NCBI GenBank assembly: GCA_902629855.1
Contig: CACOSI010000003.1
Coordinates: 6,966 to 70,965, forward strand
Source of the DNA: an uncultured Fidelibacterota bacterium
Lineage (GTDB): Bacteria > Fidelibacterota > Marinisomatia > Marinisomatales > Marinisomataceae
Direction of reading: 5' to 3'
Length of the DNA stretch: 64,000 nt
In this document: positions 36,010 through 46,035 of the stretch, piece by piece
Layout: each line of letters begins with the position of its first letter
Position numbering within the stretch: the stretch's first letter is position 1
The notes under the pieces: generated by a model
Told to the model about the DNA's origin: nothing
What the model saw: the letters and a program-made list of their open reading frames with translations, nothing else
Databases searched by the model: none
Translations under genes and position numbers: made by a program

Positions 36010-36954
36010 ATGGAACTATATCAAAAAGCTGAAGTTTTCAATTCTTTTAACCTCAAGGTATCAAATTTACATTCTATTTTTGTTGAAGAGTCAGGTAATA
36101 AAAATGGTAAACCAGTCATCTTTTTGCATGGAGGTCCTGGAGGAGGAATAAGTTCAAGCTATAGACAATATTTTAACCCAAAAAAATGGCGAATAATAAT
36201 GTTTGATCAAAGAGGTTGTGGAAAAAGTACACCTTTTGCTGAGTTGAAAGAAAATACAACCTGGGATTTAGTAAGTGATATTGAAAAAATAAGAAATTAT
36301 TTGAATATTGATAAATGGGTAGTATTTGGAGGTAGTTGGGGAAGCACTTTATCGCTTGCTTATAGTCAAAAACATCCTACTTCTTGTAAAGGACTTATTT
36401 TAAGGGGAATTTTCCTAGTTCGAAAAAAAGAAATAGACTGGTTTTATCAATCCGGCGCTAACAATATTTTTCCTGATAAATGGGAAGCCTTCATTAAACC
36501 AATACACAAAGATAAGCGAAATAATCTTCTTAAAGCATATTATGAAATTTTGACAGGCGATAATCATGAAAAAAAAATTGAAGCAGCCAAAGCATGGAGC
36601 ACTTGGGAAGGTAGTTCAGTAAGATTAATTCTTGATGAAAATTTTATTTCTGACTTTGGTGATGAAAAATTTGCAGAAGCATTTGCAAGGATAGAATGCC
36701 ATTATTTCATGAATAATTGCTGGTTCCCCACAGAAAACTATCTAATTGAAAACATAGATAAAATACGCAATATTCCGTGTGTAATTGTGCACGGAAGGTA
36801 TGATATAATATGTCCAGTTGTCCAAGCTTGGGATTTACACAAAGCATGGCCAGAGGCTGATCTTCATATTATTCCTGATGCAGGGCACTCAATTTACGAA
36901 GAGGGAATAAAAAATAAGCTTATTGAATATACTGATAAGTTTATTGATTTATAG
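36010..36954 (+). CDS. pip: Prolyl aminopeptidase (proline iminopeptidase, S33)
   Basis: HGGPGGG, FDQRGCGKS, nucleophile elbow GGSWGSTL, and a C-terminal GHS. Confidence 0.92.
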   Translation: MELYQKAEVFNSFNLKVSNLHSIFVEESGNKNGKPVIFLHGGPGGGISSSYRQYFNPKKWRIIMFDQRGCGKSTPFAELKENTTWDLVSDIEKIRNYLNIDKWVVFGGSWGSTLSLAYSQKHPTSCKGLILRGIFLVRKKEIDWFYQSGANNIFPDKWEAFIKPIHKDKRNNLLKAYYEILTGDNHEKKIEAAKAWSTWEGSSVRLILDENFISDFGDEKFAEAFARIECHYFMNNCWFPTENYLIENIDKIRNIPCVIVHGRYDIICPVVQAWDLHKAWPEADLHIIPDAGHSIYEEGIKNKLIEYTDKFIDL

Positions 36955-37536
36955 AATTATCGATAAAAGCGAAATAATAGTTCCAGCTAGAAAAGATGAA
37001 GAATTTGTTATATCTGCAGCTGAAATTAAAAACCCAATTGCTATGAATAGTTTGTTATCAATACTTAAATTATTTGATTCATAATTTTCAATTTTTTCAT
37101 CAACATTTTCATCTTCTTGAAAAAAAGAATTTTCAGCAATATCCATTGTATCTATAGTTCTACTTTTTGAAACCAAAAATCGAATCGTTTTTCTTTTTGG
37201 AATATCAATTTCAAAAGAATCAATGTCATGTTTTAGTTGAAATGCAAGCTGTGTTGACTCTTCAGAATTATTCACTTCAACACTTTTAATTTTTTCATTT
37301 TCGAAACTTGAAATTTTCAAGCTATCAGATTTAGAACCATATATCGTTACATAAAACCATTCGGATGAATACCAAGCTGTAACATTTTCTAAATCAACTT
37401 TCTTTGATGAGTTTAGAAAAATTGATGTACCATTATTTTTCGAATCTACTTCAATACTTTTTATTTCAGATTCTTGAGATAAAACTGGGCTCATAAGTGC
37501 TAAAAATAAAATAGTTTGTATTAGATTATTTTTCAT
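36949..37536 (-). CDS. Hypothetical exported protein with C-terminal hydrophobic anchor
   Basis: Signal peptide MKNNLIQTILFLALMSPVLSQ. Beta-rich middle. C-terminal FIAIGFLISAA...IISLLSIIL. No family recognised. Confidence 0.5.
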   Translation of the reverse strand: MKNNLIQTILFLALMSPVLSQESEIKSIEVDSKNNGTSIFLNSSKKVDLENVTAWYSSEWFYVTIYGSKSDSLKISSFENEKIKSVEVNNSEESTQLAFQLKHDIDSFEIDIPKRKTIRFLVSKSRTIDTMDIAENSFFQEDENVDEKIENYESNNLSIDNKLFIAIGFLISAADITNSSSFLAGTIISLLSIIL

Positions 37537-37582
37537 CTAATGAATATATTATTTGTTTAGATTCATAGTAAACAATTTATTA

Positions 37583-40120
37583 ATGAAAAGCGCAGAAATA
37601 AGAGAATCTTTCATACATTTTTTTGAGACTAAAAAACACAAAAGGGTAAACAGTGCACCTGTTCTTCCAATTGGAGATAAGTCTTTGTTATTTACAAATG
37701 CTGGTATGAACCAATTTAAAGGTATTTTCTTAGACACTGAGGTACCAAAAGAGCTAAGAGTAGCTAACAGTCAAAAATGTATTCGAGTCAGTGGAAAACA
37801 TAATGATTTAGAAGAAGTAGGCCGAGATGGATTTCACCATACTTTTTTCGAAATGCTTGGTAATTGGTCTTTTGGAGATTATTACAAAAAAGAAGCAATT
37901 GAATGGTCTTGGGAGCTTTTAACAAGAGTTTGGAATTTAGATAAGTCTAGACTTTGGGTTACAGTTTTCGAAGAAGATGATGAAGCTTTTGATTTATGGA
38001 AAAATAATACTGATATTTTTCCTGAGCGCATTATCAGGTCTGGTGCAAAAGATAATTTTTGGGAAATGGCAGAAACAGGTCCATGTGGTCCTTGCTCTGA
38101 AATTCATTACTATGTAGGCAATGATCCTAAAAACCAGCAAGCTAAAATGGTAAATAATTCTCCAGATTATTGGGAGCTATGGAACCTTGTATTTATACAA
38201 TTTAATAGAAAAAAAGATGGTTCGATGGAAGACTTACCAAAAAAACATGTTGATACAGGTGCTGGACTAGAAAGAATTTGTTCAGTTATGCAAAACAAAG
38301 ATTCAAATTATAAAACGGATTTATTCTCAAAAACCATAAATGATCTCGAAAAATTTTCAAGCTCAAAATATGAGGATAATGAAATTTCATACAACGTTAT
38401 ATGTGATCATATAAGAATGTTATCATTTGCAATCGCCGATGGTGTTATTCCGTCAAATGATGGCAGAGGATATGTTGTTAGAAGAGTTTTAAGAAGAGGA
38501 TCTAAGTTTGCAATGAATTTAGAAATTAAAGAACCAATTTTATTTAAGTTAGTTGATTCAGTTGTTTCAACAATGTCATCACATTATCCTGAGCTTAAAG
38601 AAAAACAGAAATACATAGAACAAACCATTCTTTCTGAAGAACAATCATTTTTAAGAACTCTTGAAAATGGAGTAGTTCAATTTGAAAAAATTGTAAAAAG
38701 TACTGATGAAAATCAAATAGAAGGAAAAGATGCATTTAAGTTATACGATACATATGGATTCCCACTTGATTTAACACAGCTTATGGCTGAAGAAAGAAAT
38801 ATGACTGTTGATGTTAAAGGTTTTGATAATGAAATGGAAAAGCAGAAAAAGTTAGCAAAGAGTGGTCAAAAATTTGAAATGGATAATATTGATTTAATTT
38901 GGAAGCTTGAAACTGATCAAAGCCACTCAACTTTTGTGGGGTACGATAGCACGAGCATTACATCCAAGATAATTAATTATTCTACTAATAATGATAGAAT
39001 AATCATTGTGTTGGAAAAAACACCGTTCTATGCTGAATCAGGTGGACAAATTGGAGATACTGGTGTTATAAAAAATGATAATTTTTTTGCCAATGTGATT
39101 GATACACAAAAAAATGGTGATTTTATTTTACATTTTTGCAAAATCGAAAAAGGAAATATTAAAAATGACCTTAATGTAAAATGTATTATTGATGAGGATA
39201 GAAGAAAAAATATTCGTATCAATCATACAGCTACTCATTTACTCCACCAATCAGTAAAAGATGTTTTAGGTGAGCACGTAAATCAAGCAGGATCTTTAGT
39301 TCATCCAGAATATTTAAGATTCGATATAACCCATCCAAACAAAATTTCAGTCAAAGAGTTAAATGAAATTGAAACTATTATTGAAAAAAAGATTGATGAG
39401 GATATTGCTGTAAAGACATCAGTAAAAAGTTTAAATGAAGCAAAAAAAGAAGGAGCTACTGCACTTTTTGGAGAAAAATACGGAGATAAAGTAAGAGTGG
39501 TTACAATCGGCGAATTTTCTAAGGAATTATGTGGAGGTACTCATGTCTCAACTACTGGTAAAATAAACAAATTTAAAATAAAGCATGATAAAGCAATTTC
39601 CTCTGGAATAAGAAGAATACATGCTATAACGGATAGTTATGTAGATCTATTTTTAAAGCAGAAATCAAATGAATTAGATACATTAAAAGATATTGAACAA
39701 AAAAAAGAAATAGAAAAGGAAACTCAATCTATTTTGTTGAAATCTGTGAACATTGATTCAATTATTGAAAATCCACTATTAGAATTTGACGAAACAAAGT
39801 TATTTTTTGCTAAAGTTGAATTAGGTATTGCATCTGACCTCAAAACTTTAAATAAAAAAATCAAAGATAAATCAGCTTCAAGTATAATATTCCTCTATAC
39901 TGAAATTGATGAAAAAATCACTATCTCTATAGGTCTTTCTAAAGACCTAATTACAAAATCATTAAATGCAGGAGAATTAGTGAAGTCTTTTGCTAAGGAG
40001 CTCAAAGGTCAAGGTGGAGGTAGAGAAGACTTTGCAATGGCTGGCATACCATTTGTACATTCAGATGAAATAAGTATGTTAATTAAGAGAATTATAACAG
40101 AAGCTATGGAGAAAAAATAA
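37583..40120 (+). CDS. alaS: Alanine--tRNA ligase
   Basis: MKSAEIRESFIHFFETKKH, FTNAGMNQFK, HHTFFEMLGNWSFGDY, editing-domain HTATHLL and CGGTH. Start set at ATG 37583 rather than the longer track start 37553. Confidence 0.95.
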   Translation: MKSAEIRESFIHFFETKKHKRVNSAPVLPIGDKSLLFTNAGMNQFKGIFLDTEVPKELRVANSQKCIRVSGKHNDLEEVGRDGFHHTFFEMLGNWSFGDYYKKEAIEWSWELLTRVWNLDKSRLWVTVFEEDDEAFDLWKNNTDIFPERIIRSGAKDNFWEMAETGPCGPCSEIHYYVGNDPKNQQAKMVNNSPDYWELWNLVFIQFNRKKDGSMEDLPKKHVDTGAGLERICSVMQNKDSNYKTDLFSKTINDLEKFSSSKYEDNEISYNVICDHIRMLSFAIADGVIPSNDGRGYVVRRVLRRGSKFAMNLEIKEPILFKLVDSVVSTMSSHYPELKEKQKYIEQTILSEEQSFLRTLENGVVQFEKIVKSTDENQIEGKDAFKLYDTYGFPLDLTQLMAEERNMTVDVKGFDNEMEKQKKLAKSGQKFEMDNIDLIWKLETDQSHSTFVGYDSTSITSKIINYSTNNDRIIIVLEKTPFYAESGGQIGDTGVIKNDNFFANVIDTQKNGDFILHFCKIEKGNIKNDLNVKCIIDEDRRKNIRINHTATHLLHQSVKDVLGEHVNQAGSLVHPEYLRFDITHPNKISVKELNEIETIIEKKIDEDIAVKTSVKSLNEAKKEGATALFGEKYGDKVRVVTIGEFSKELCGGTHVSTTGKINKFKIKHDKAISSGIRRIHAITDSYVDLFLKQKSNELDTLKDIEQKKEIEKETQSILLKSVNIDSIIENPLLEFDETKLFFAKVELGIASDLKTLNKKIKDKSASSIIFLYTEIDEKITISIGLSKDLITKSLNAGELVKSFAKELKGQGGGREDFAMAGIPFVHSDEISMLIKRIITEAMEKK

Positions 40121-40548
40121 TGCAATTTCAAAAACTGAATAATTCATTTATTGTCTATGTAGAAAAAGGTGAAAAAGTAATGGAAACTTTGACAAATTTT
40201 TGTGTTGAGAATAAAATCCATTCAGGTCAGTTAGCTGGTATAGGAGCAGTAAAAAATATAGATATTGGAGCATATGATATTTCCTCAAAAGATTATGTAC
40301 ATAGAAAGTTTGATGAAATATTAGAGTTATTATCCTTTCAAGGAAATGTTGCCTTAAAAGATGGCGAACCATTTTTACATGCTCATATAACTTTAGGAAC
40401 TCATAATATGAAAGTATATGGTGGTCATTTATTTGAAATGGAGGTAGCTGCTGTTGGAGAATTTATAATTCATGATTTTAAAGATGAGACTCATCGAAAG
40501 TTAAATGACGATATAGGTCTTGCCACGTTAAGTTTATGTAAAATATAA
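40120..40548 (+). CDS. PPC (DUF296) domain protein
   Basis: GIGAVKNIDIGAYD ... LSFQGNVALKDGEPFLHAHITLG ... GGHL pattern of the PPC/DUF296 fold. TAATG overlap with alaS. Confidence 0.7.
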   Translation: MQFQKLNNSFIVYVEKGEKVMETLTNFCVENKIHSGQLAGIGAVKNIDIGAYDISSKDYVHRKFDEILELLSFQGNVALKDGEPFLHAHITLGTHNMKVYGGHLFEMEVAAVGEFIIHDFKDETHRKLNDDIGLATLSLCKI

Positions 40549-40557
40549 GGAGAGATT

Positions 40558-40920
40558 ATGTCAAAATTAAAGGCACCAAATCCTGTAGGTCCATATTCGA
40601 TGTTCAGAGAGTTACAATCTGGAGGATGGATAACTTCAGGACAAATTCCAATTAATCCAGAAACTGGAAAATTAAATAATGATAGTATTGAGGAAGAGGT
40701 TTTGCAAGTTTTTGATAACCTTGAAGCCGTTCTTTCAGTAAATGGGAAATCTTTTAATGATGTAAAAAAATTTTTAGTATTTCTAACAGATTTATCAATC
40801 ACGCCATTAGTAAATTCGGAGATAGAAAAAAGACTTAAAGAACCATATCCTGCAAGATCAACTATTCAAGTTGTGGGATTACCAATGGGCGCAAGAGTTG
40901 AAATAGAATGTTTAGGCTAA
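40558..40920 (+). CDS. RidA/YjgF family reactive-intermediate deaminase
   Basis: APNPVGPYS..., GQIPINPETG, PARSTIQVVGLPMGARVEIE. Confidence 0.88.
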   Translation: MSKLKAPNPVGPYSMFRELQSGGWITSGQIPINPETGKLNNDSIEEEVLQVFDNLEAVLSVNGKSFNDVKKFLVFLTDLSITPLVNSEIEKRLKEPYPARSTIQVVGLPMGARVEIECLG

Positions 40921-41330
40921 TTAATATCATATTAATCCCACTTTTTTTTGTAAACATATTTTCACAACAAAAGATGGATTTTAGAACTAAAGAAGAGCAA
41001 ATGAAAGATCCAAAAACTGCTTTAAATAAAGCTCTAATTTTTCCTGGAATTGGGCAGCTATATAACGAACAAAAAGTTAAAGGGTATTCTTTGATAGCAG
41101 CTGAAATTTTTTCATTATGGAGTTTTAATGAAAACAGAAAAAAATATAAAAACTACAATCAAAATGATTCATTTTCTCAAAACCATTACTTGCAAGAAAG
41201 AAATCGATTTGCTTGGATTGCAATTGGGTTGTATTTTTACGGCATTCTAGATGCAGTTGTTGAAGCACATTTGGATGACTTTGATAAAATTGTTGATCAA
41301 AATGATCCGATGAAAAATAAAGAGGAGTAA
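40908..41330 (+). CDS. DUF5683-like membrane-associated protein
   Basis: ALIFPGIGQLYNEQKVKGY and C-terminal YFYGILDAVVEAHL resemble the Bacteroidota DUF5683 pattern. Confidence 0.55.
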   Translation: MFRLINIILIPLFFVNIFSQQKMDFRTKEEQMKDPKTALNKALIFPGIGQLYNEQKVKGYSLIAAEIFSLWSFNENRKKYKNYNQNDSFSQNHYLQERNRFAWIAIGLYFYGILDAVVEAHLDDFDKIVDQNDPMKNKEE

Positions 41331-41331
41331 G

Positions 41332-42729
41332 ATGCAAGAAAATCGAGAACAATGGAGCTCAAAAACAAGTTTTATCCTAGCTGCAGCAGGTTCAGCTGTA
41401 GGTTTAGGTAATATTTGGAAGTTCCCATATATTGCAGGTGAGAATGGTGGTGCCGCATTTTTATTTATTTATTTAATATGTATTATTTTAATCGGTCTTC
41501 CAATATTAAATATTGAAATTTTGCTTGGAAGAACGACTAAAAAAAATCCTGTAGGAGCTTTTGTCGCTCTGAGTGATAGCACATTTTGGAAATATGTTGG
41601 TGTTCTTGGAGTTTTTGCAAGTTTTACAATCTTATCATTTTACAGCGTTGTTGGTGGATGGTCCATTGCCTATACTTATGAAGCCTTAATTGGAACATTC
41701 AATACAACAGCATTTGATAATCCATCAGCTGCTGGTAAATTTTTTGATCTTAAAAACAGTAGTGCAGCTTGGGTACTTGGATATCATACTCTTTTTTTAA
41801 GTTTAGTAGTAATCATTCTACTATCAGGAGTAAGAGCTGGGCTTGAAAAAGCGAGTAAGTTTTTGATGCCAGTTTTAATTTTTATTTTACTAATTCTTGT
41901 TGTCCAAGGTTTAATACTTCCTGATGCAAATAAAGGAGTTTCATTTTTATTCCAGCCAGATTGGTCTAAGATTAATGGTCAAACTATCTTACTGGCACTT
42001 GGACATGCTTTTTTTACTCTCAGTTTGGGAATGGGAGCAATGATGACCTATGGGAGTTATCTATCAGATAAGGATGATGTTGTAAACGCATCATATTTAG
42101 TTGCTTTCTTAGATACTATAATTGCCATTTTTGCTGGTTTAGCAATATTTACTGTTGTTTTCTCATCAGGATATGATCCCACTGCTGGACCAGGGTTAGT
42201 TTTTCATGTATTACCACCATTATTATCTGACTTAGTTGGTGGATATATTTTTGCTTTTTTATTTTTCCTACTTCTATCTATCGCAGCTATAACTTCAGGA
42301 ATTTCAATTCTTGAAGTAAGTGTAGCTTATTTAGTTGATGAAAAAAATGTTCCTAGAAAAAAAGCAGTTTTAATTATGGCGTCATTGGTCTATTTAGCAG
42401 CTATTCCATGTGCATTATCATTTAATATTCTTTCTGAATCAACTTTTGATTTTCAAGGTAAACCTTTTACCTTTTTTGATATTGCTGATTATTTAGCTTC
42501 TAATGTATTATTACCTTTAGGTGGACTATTTTTAGCAATTTTTGCAGGTTATTTCTGGGGTATAGATGACGTTATTAAAAACCTACTTGTTGGTGAATCA
42601 AACTCCATCTATTTTGGAAATAGTATAGCTAAGTCGAAAAACTTTAAAAGTATTTTTGGATTTACAGTAAAATATATTTGTCCATTTTTAATATTTTTAG
42701 TGTTTTTGTACTCAATCGGCTGGATTTAA
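41332..42729 (+). CDS. Sodium-dependent transporter, SNF (neurotransmitter:sodium symporter) family
   Basis: WSSKTSFILAAAGSAVGLGNIWKFPY signature. About 11-12 TM. Confidence 0.92.
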   Translation: MQENREQWSSKTSFILAAAGSAVGLGNIWKFPYIAGENGGAAFLFIYLICIILIGLPILNIEILLGRTTKKNPVGAFVALSDSTFWKYVGVLGVFASFTILSFYSVVGGWSIAYTYEALIGTFNTTAFDNPSAAGKFFDLKNSSAAWVLGYHTLFLSLVVIILLSGVRAGLEKASKFLMPVLIFILLILVVQGLILPDANKGVSFLFQPDWSKINGQTILLALGHAFFTLSLGMGAMMTYGSYLSDKDDVVNASYLVAFLDTIIAIFAGLAIFTVVFSSGYDPTAGPGLVFHVLPPLLSDLVGGYIFAFLFFLLLSIAAITSGISILEVSVAYLVDEKNVPRKKAVLIMASLVYLAAIPCALSFNILSESTFDFQGKPFTFFDIADYLASNVLLPLGGLFLAIFAGYFWGIDDVIKNLLVGESNSIYFGNSIAKSKNFKSIFGFTVKYICPFLIFLVFLYSIGWI

Positions 42730-42733
42730 TTTA

Positions 42734-43492
42734 ATGATTAAAAAAGTATTTCCTGTGGGCTCAAAACAATTTACTTTTTTAAAAAATGTTTTTAGCAAAT
42801 TTGACAGAATTTCAATTGATAATTTAGAAATTTTGTTTCCTTTTTGGTGTATGCTTGCCTTTCAACATCATTTAGTAAAATCTTACGATATATCAACTTT
42901 TAGATTTATGGATATTGATTTAGACAATGGGTATATATTTTCTTTAGTTTTTGAAGATTGGATAGGGGTAATTAGTATTATTTTGCACTCAATATTGCTT
43001 TTATGGCTTATGAAAAAATTTGATTTTTTTGGACCTTTTAGAACTGTTAAAATTGATTTTCAAACAAATTTTTTATTGTTTACGGCTTTGTATGCACTTT
43101 TAGATATTATAATTTTTGGAAAGATGATGTTTGGTTTTTTTCTTATTTTACTTTCCTTATATATTCTTTATAGATCTCAAAGCTTTTTTAGTCAATTAAT
43201 TTGTCTTTTATTAACTATAATAACATTAGTTTTCTCATTAGCAATAAATGAGCCGATATTGTCGACGAGTGCAGCTATTTTTATTCCAATTTTACTTATT
43301 TCAATGATTTCTAAATCCCAAACATTAGTTTTTTATTCTCAAAAAAACTTGCCTCTAATAATTTTTATTTTTGTTTCAACTAAAGAACTTTGGTTTGGAT
43401 TTATTGGTCTATTTTATTTCCTACTTTTTAATATGTATTACCACTTTGTTCATGAAAGTAATTACAACTGGCTAAAGTTTGATTTAAGATAA
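42734..43492 (+). CDS. Hypothetical polytopic membrane protein
   Basis: 252 aa, about 6 hydrophobic segments. 4 nt downstream of the SNF transporter. No family recognised. Confidence 0.5.
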   Translation: MIKKVFPVGSKQFTFLKNVFSKFDRISIDNLEILFPFWCMLAFQHHLVKSYDISTFRFMDIDLDNGYIFSLVFEDWIGVISIILHSILLLWLMKKFDFFGPFRTVKIDFQTNFLLFTALYALLDIIIFGKMMFGFFLILLSLYILYRSQSFFSQLICLLLTIITLVFSLAINEPILSTSAAIFIPILLISMISKSQTLVFYSQKNLPLIIFIFVSTKELWFGFIGLFYFLLFNMYYHFVHESNYNWLKFDLR

Positions 43493-43612
43493 TATTCACC
43501 TGGTTTTTTTTATCTTTTTTATTAAATTGTCCAATGTTGACCTCAACGAAAAACTTTTTTCTTAAAAAGTGGATTTCAAAAACCCTTAGAACCATAGCGC
43601 CTGGAGATAATT

Positions 43613-45076
43613 ATGTCTAAAAATATTCAAAAAAAACTGACTTTTGATGATGTATTACTTGTACCAAGAAAATCTACTGTTTTACCTAAAGAAGTAGATT
43701 GCTCTACAATGCTAACAAAAAATATTTCACTTGAAATTCCAATAATGAGTGCAGCTATGGATACTGTAACAGAATCTGATATGGCTATTGCACTAGCAAG
43801 ACAAGGTGGAATAGGAGTTATTCACAAAAATTTAAGTATTGATCAGCAAGCTTTAATGGTAGATAAGGTTAAAAGATATGAAAGTGGTATGATAAGAAAT
43901 CCAATTACATTAGATAAAAATAAAACTATAAGAGAAGCTCGTCAACTTATGGAACAATATTCAATTGGAGGTTTGCCCGTTTTATCAGGAGACAAATTAG
44001 TTGGTATTATAACTAAAAGGGACATCCGTTTTGAAGCAAACTTAGACACTCTTGTTAAAGATAGAATGACCTCAGAAAATTTAATCACTGTTACTTCCGA
44101 TACAAGTAATGATGAAGCTAAAAAAATTCTTCAAAAATATAGAATTGAGCGACTGTTAGTTGTGGATAAAAATAACAAGCTTGATGGCCTTATTACTGTT
44201 AAAGATTTAACAAAGAAAGAAGAATTCCCTTTTTCTACAAAAGACAAAAATGGCAGATTAAGAGTTGCTGCAGCATTGAGTGTAAGAGATGATTGGCAAG
44301 ATAGAATTGATGCTTTAGTTAAAGTTGGTGTCGATGCAGTTGTCATGGATACTGCGCATGGCCATTCTCAATTTGTCCTAGATTTGGTTAAGAAGATAAA
44401 AAATAAATTTCCAAACCTGGACCTAATAGCTGGAAATGTTGCCACTCCAGAAGCAACTCAAGATTTAATTTCTGCAGGAGCAGACTGTGTTAAAGTAGGC
44501 ATTGGTGCAGGATCAAGTTGCACTACTAGAATTGTAGCTGGCGTAGGAATGCCTCAGTTATCTTCAATTATTGATTGTGCTGAAGTAGGTATAAAAAATA
44601 ACATTCCAATTATTGCAGACGGCGGTATAAGGTATAGTGGTGACATTGCTAAATCTTTGGCTGGTGGAGCAAGTGTTGTGATGCTAGGAGGAATGCTTGC
44701 TGGTATGGATGAAAGTCCTGGAGAAACTATTGTTTATGAAGGAAGAAGATATAAATCCTATCGAGGAATGGGCTCTTTAGCAGCAATGAAGGAAGGTGGA
44801 GGTGAAAGGTATTTCCAACAAGAAAAAGATGAATTAAAACTTGTTCCGGAAGGTATAGAAGGTATGGTTCCTTTTAGAGGTCCTGTCAATAATACAATCT
44901 TTCAACTAATAGGTGGCCTTAAATCATCTATGGGATATTGTGGAGCAAAAAATATTAAATCTTTTCAGAAAAATAAAAAGTTTATCGAAATTTCATCTGC
45001 TGGAGTAAAAGAAAGTCATCCGCATGAAGTTAGTATTATCAAGGAAGCTCCTAACTATCAGGGGCATGATAAATAA
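43613..45076 (+). CDS. guaB: IMP dehydrogenase
   Basis: [10 protein letters not shown], tandem CBS region, catalytic [19 protein letters not shown]. Confidence 0.96.
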   Translation: MSKNIQKKLTFDDVLLVPRKSTVLPKEVDCSTMLTKNISLEIPIMSAAMDTVTESDMAIALARQGGIGVIHKNLSIDQQALMVDKVKRYESGMIRNPITLDKNKTIREARQLMEQYSIGGLPVLSGDKLVGIITKRDIRFEANLDTLVKDRMTSENLITVTSDTSNDEAKKILQKYRIERLLVVDKNNKLDGLITVKDLTKKEEFPFSTKDKNGRLRVAAALSVRDDWQDRIDALVKVGVDAVVMDTAHGHSQFVLDLVKKIKNKFPNLDLIAGNVATPEATQDLISAGADCVKVGIGAGSSCTTRIVAGVGMPQLSSIIDCAEVGIKNNIPIIADGGIRYSGDIAKSLAGGASVVMLGGMLAGMDESPGETIVYEGRRYKSYRGMGSLAAMKEGGGERYFQQEKDELKLVPEGIEGMVPFRGPVNNTIFQLIGGLKSSMGYCGAKNIKSFQKNKKFIEISSAGVKESHPHEVSIIKEAPNYQGHDK

Positions 45077-45165
45077 AAAATTATAAACTTTTTATTTTGA
45101 GTGTTTTGTTTTTTAATTAATATATAATAATGAGTTTTGATACTAAAAATTTAGGGGGTATTTAA

Positions 45166-45678
45166 ATGGCAAAAATTGGAATGTTTTGGGGCAGTACTAC
45201 AGACATGACTAAAGAGGCTTCTGAGCTTATTCATGAAGGTCTTGAAGCTGCTGGACACGAAATAGACTCACACGATATAAGAAACACTGATCCATCAAAG
45301 ATGTTAGAGTATGATAATCTTTTAATTGGTTGTCCTACATGGAACGTTGGAGAACTTCAAGATGATTGGGAAGATGTTTTTAGTGAATATGAAAAGCTAG
45401 ATTTTACTGGTAAAACAGCTGCTTTTTTTGGTATTGGCGATCAAGTAGGGTACAGTTTTAATTTTCTTGATGCAGTTGGAATGCTTGCAAAGCCTTATAT
45501 GGAAAATGGTGGAAAGCTTGTTGGCAAGTGGTCTACAGAAGGTTATGAATTTGACGAATCACTTGGATGTGTTGACGGAGAGTTTCTTGGCCTAGCAATA
45601 GACTATGATAATCAGGATGATTTAACTGAAGAAAGAATTGAAGCTTGGGTAGAGCAGATTAAAGATCTTTTCGAATAA
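45166..45678 (+). CDS. fldA: Long-chain flavodoxin
   Basis: IGMFWGSTTDMT FMN phosphate loop, CPTWNVGELQDDWE. 170 aa. Confidence 0.92.
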   Translation: MAKIGMFWGSTTDMTKEASELIHEGLEAAGHEIDSHDIRNTDPSKMLEYDNLLIGCPTWNVGELQDDWEDVFSEYEKLDFTGKTAAFFGIGDQVGYSFNFLDAVGMLAKPYMENGGKLVGKWSTEGYEFDESLGCVDGEFLGLAIDYDNQDDLTEERIEAWVEQIKDLFE

Positions 45679-45688
45679 AGATTTTAAA

Positions 45689-45943
45689 CTATTTAAGTGT
45701 ATTGAGATAAGATGTAATTTTTGATTTCTGCCTAGCAGCATTATTTTTATGAATTACATTCTTTGATGCCATTTTATCTATAAAAGAAACTGCTGAAGCA
45801 TAATGCTTTTCAGCATCAGATTTACTTTCAGATTGTAATACGCTTTTAATCAGAGTTCGCATTTTAGACTTATTTTGAGAATTAATAGCTCTTCTTTTTA
45901 AATCCTGCCTATCTCTTTTAATCTGTTGTTTATGTCTATCCAT
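45689..45943 (-). CDS. rpsT: 30S ribosomal protein S20
   Basis: Basic N-terminus HKQQIKRDRQDLKRRAINSQNKSKMRT and HKNNAARQKS. Start set at ATG 45943 (84 aa) rather than the upstream TTG 45958. Confidence 0.88.
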   Translation of the reverse strand: MDRHKQQIKRDRQDLKRRAINSQNKSKMRTLIKSVLQSESKSDAEKHYASAVSFIDKMASKNVIHKNNAARQKSKITSYLNTLK

Positions 45944-46035
45944 AAAATGTGTTCGCAACTTATCCTATTAAGAATTAGATGTCAATATTTTTCTAATTTG
46001 ATTATTGTTTTAAATTTTATCGTTTAAATTCAATT

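Noticed and set aside
37549-37737. 62-aa minus ORF and the 10-codon upstream extension of alaS (37553-37582)
   Set aside because: The minus ORF is antisense to the highly conserved alaS N-terminus. AlaS family proteins begin at the MKSAEIR-type sequence, so ATG 37583 is preferred.
40491-40802. 103-aa minus ORF
   Set aside because: Antisense across the PPC-domain and RidA genes, both of which have clear family motifs.
43537-43565. Sigma70-like promoter upstream of guaB (TTGACC, 17 nt, TCTTAA)
   Set aside because: The -10 element matches only 3 of 6 positions and the lineage probably uses different promoter consensus elements. Too weak to report as a feature.
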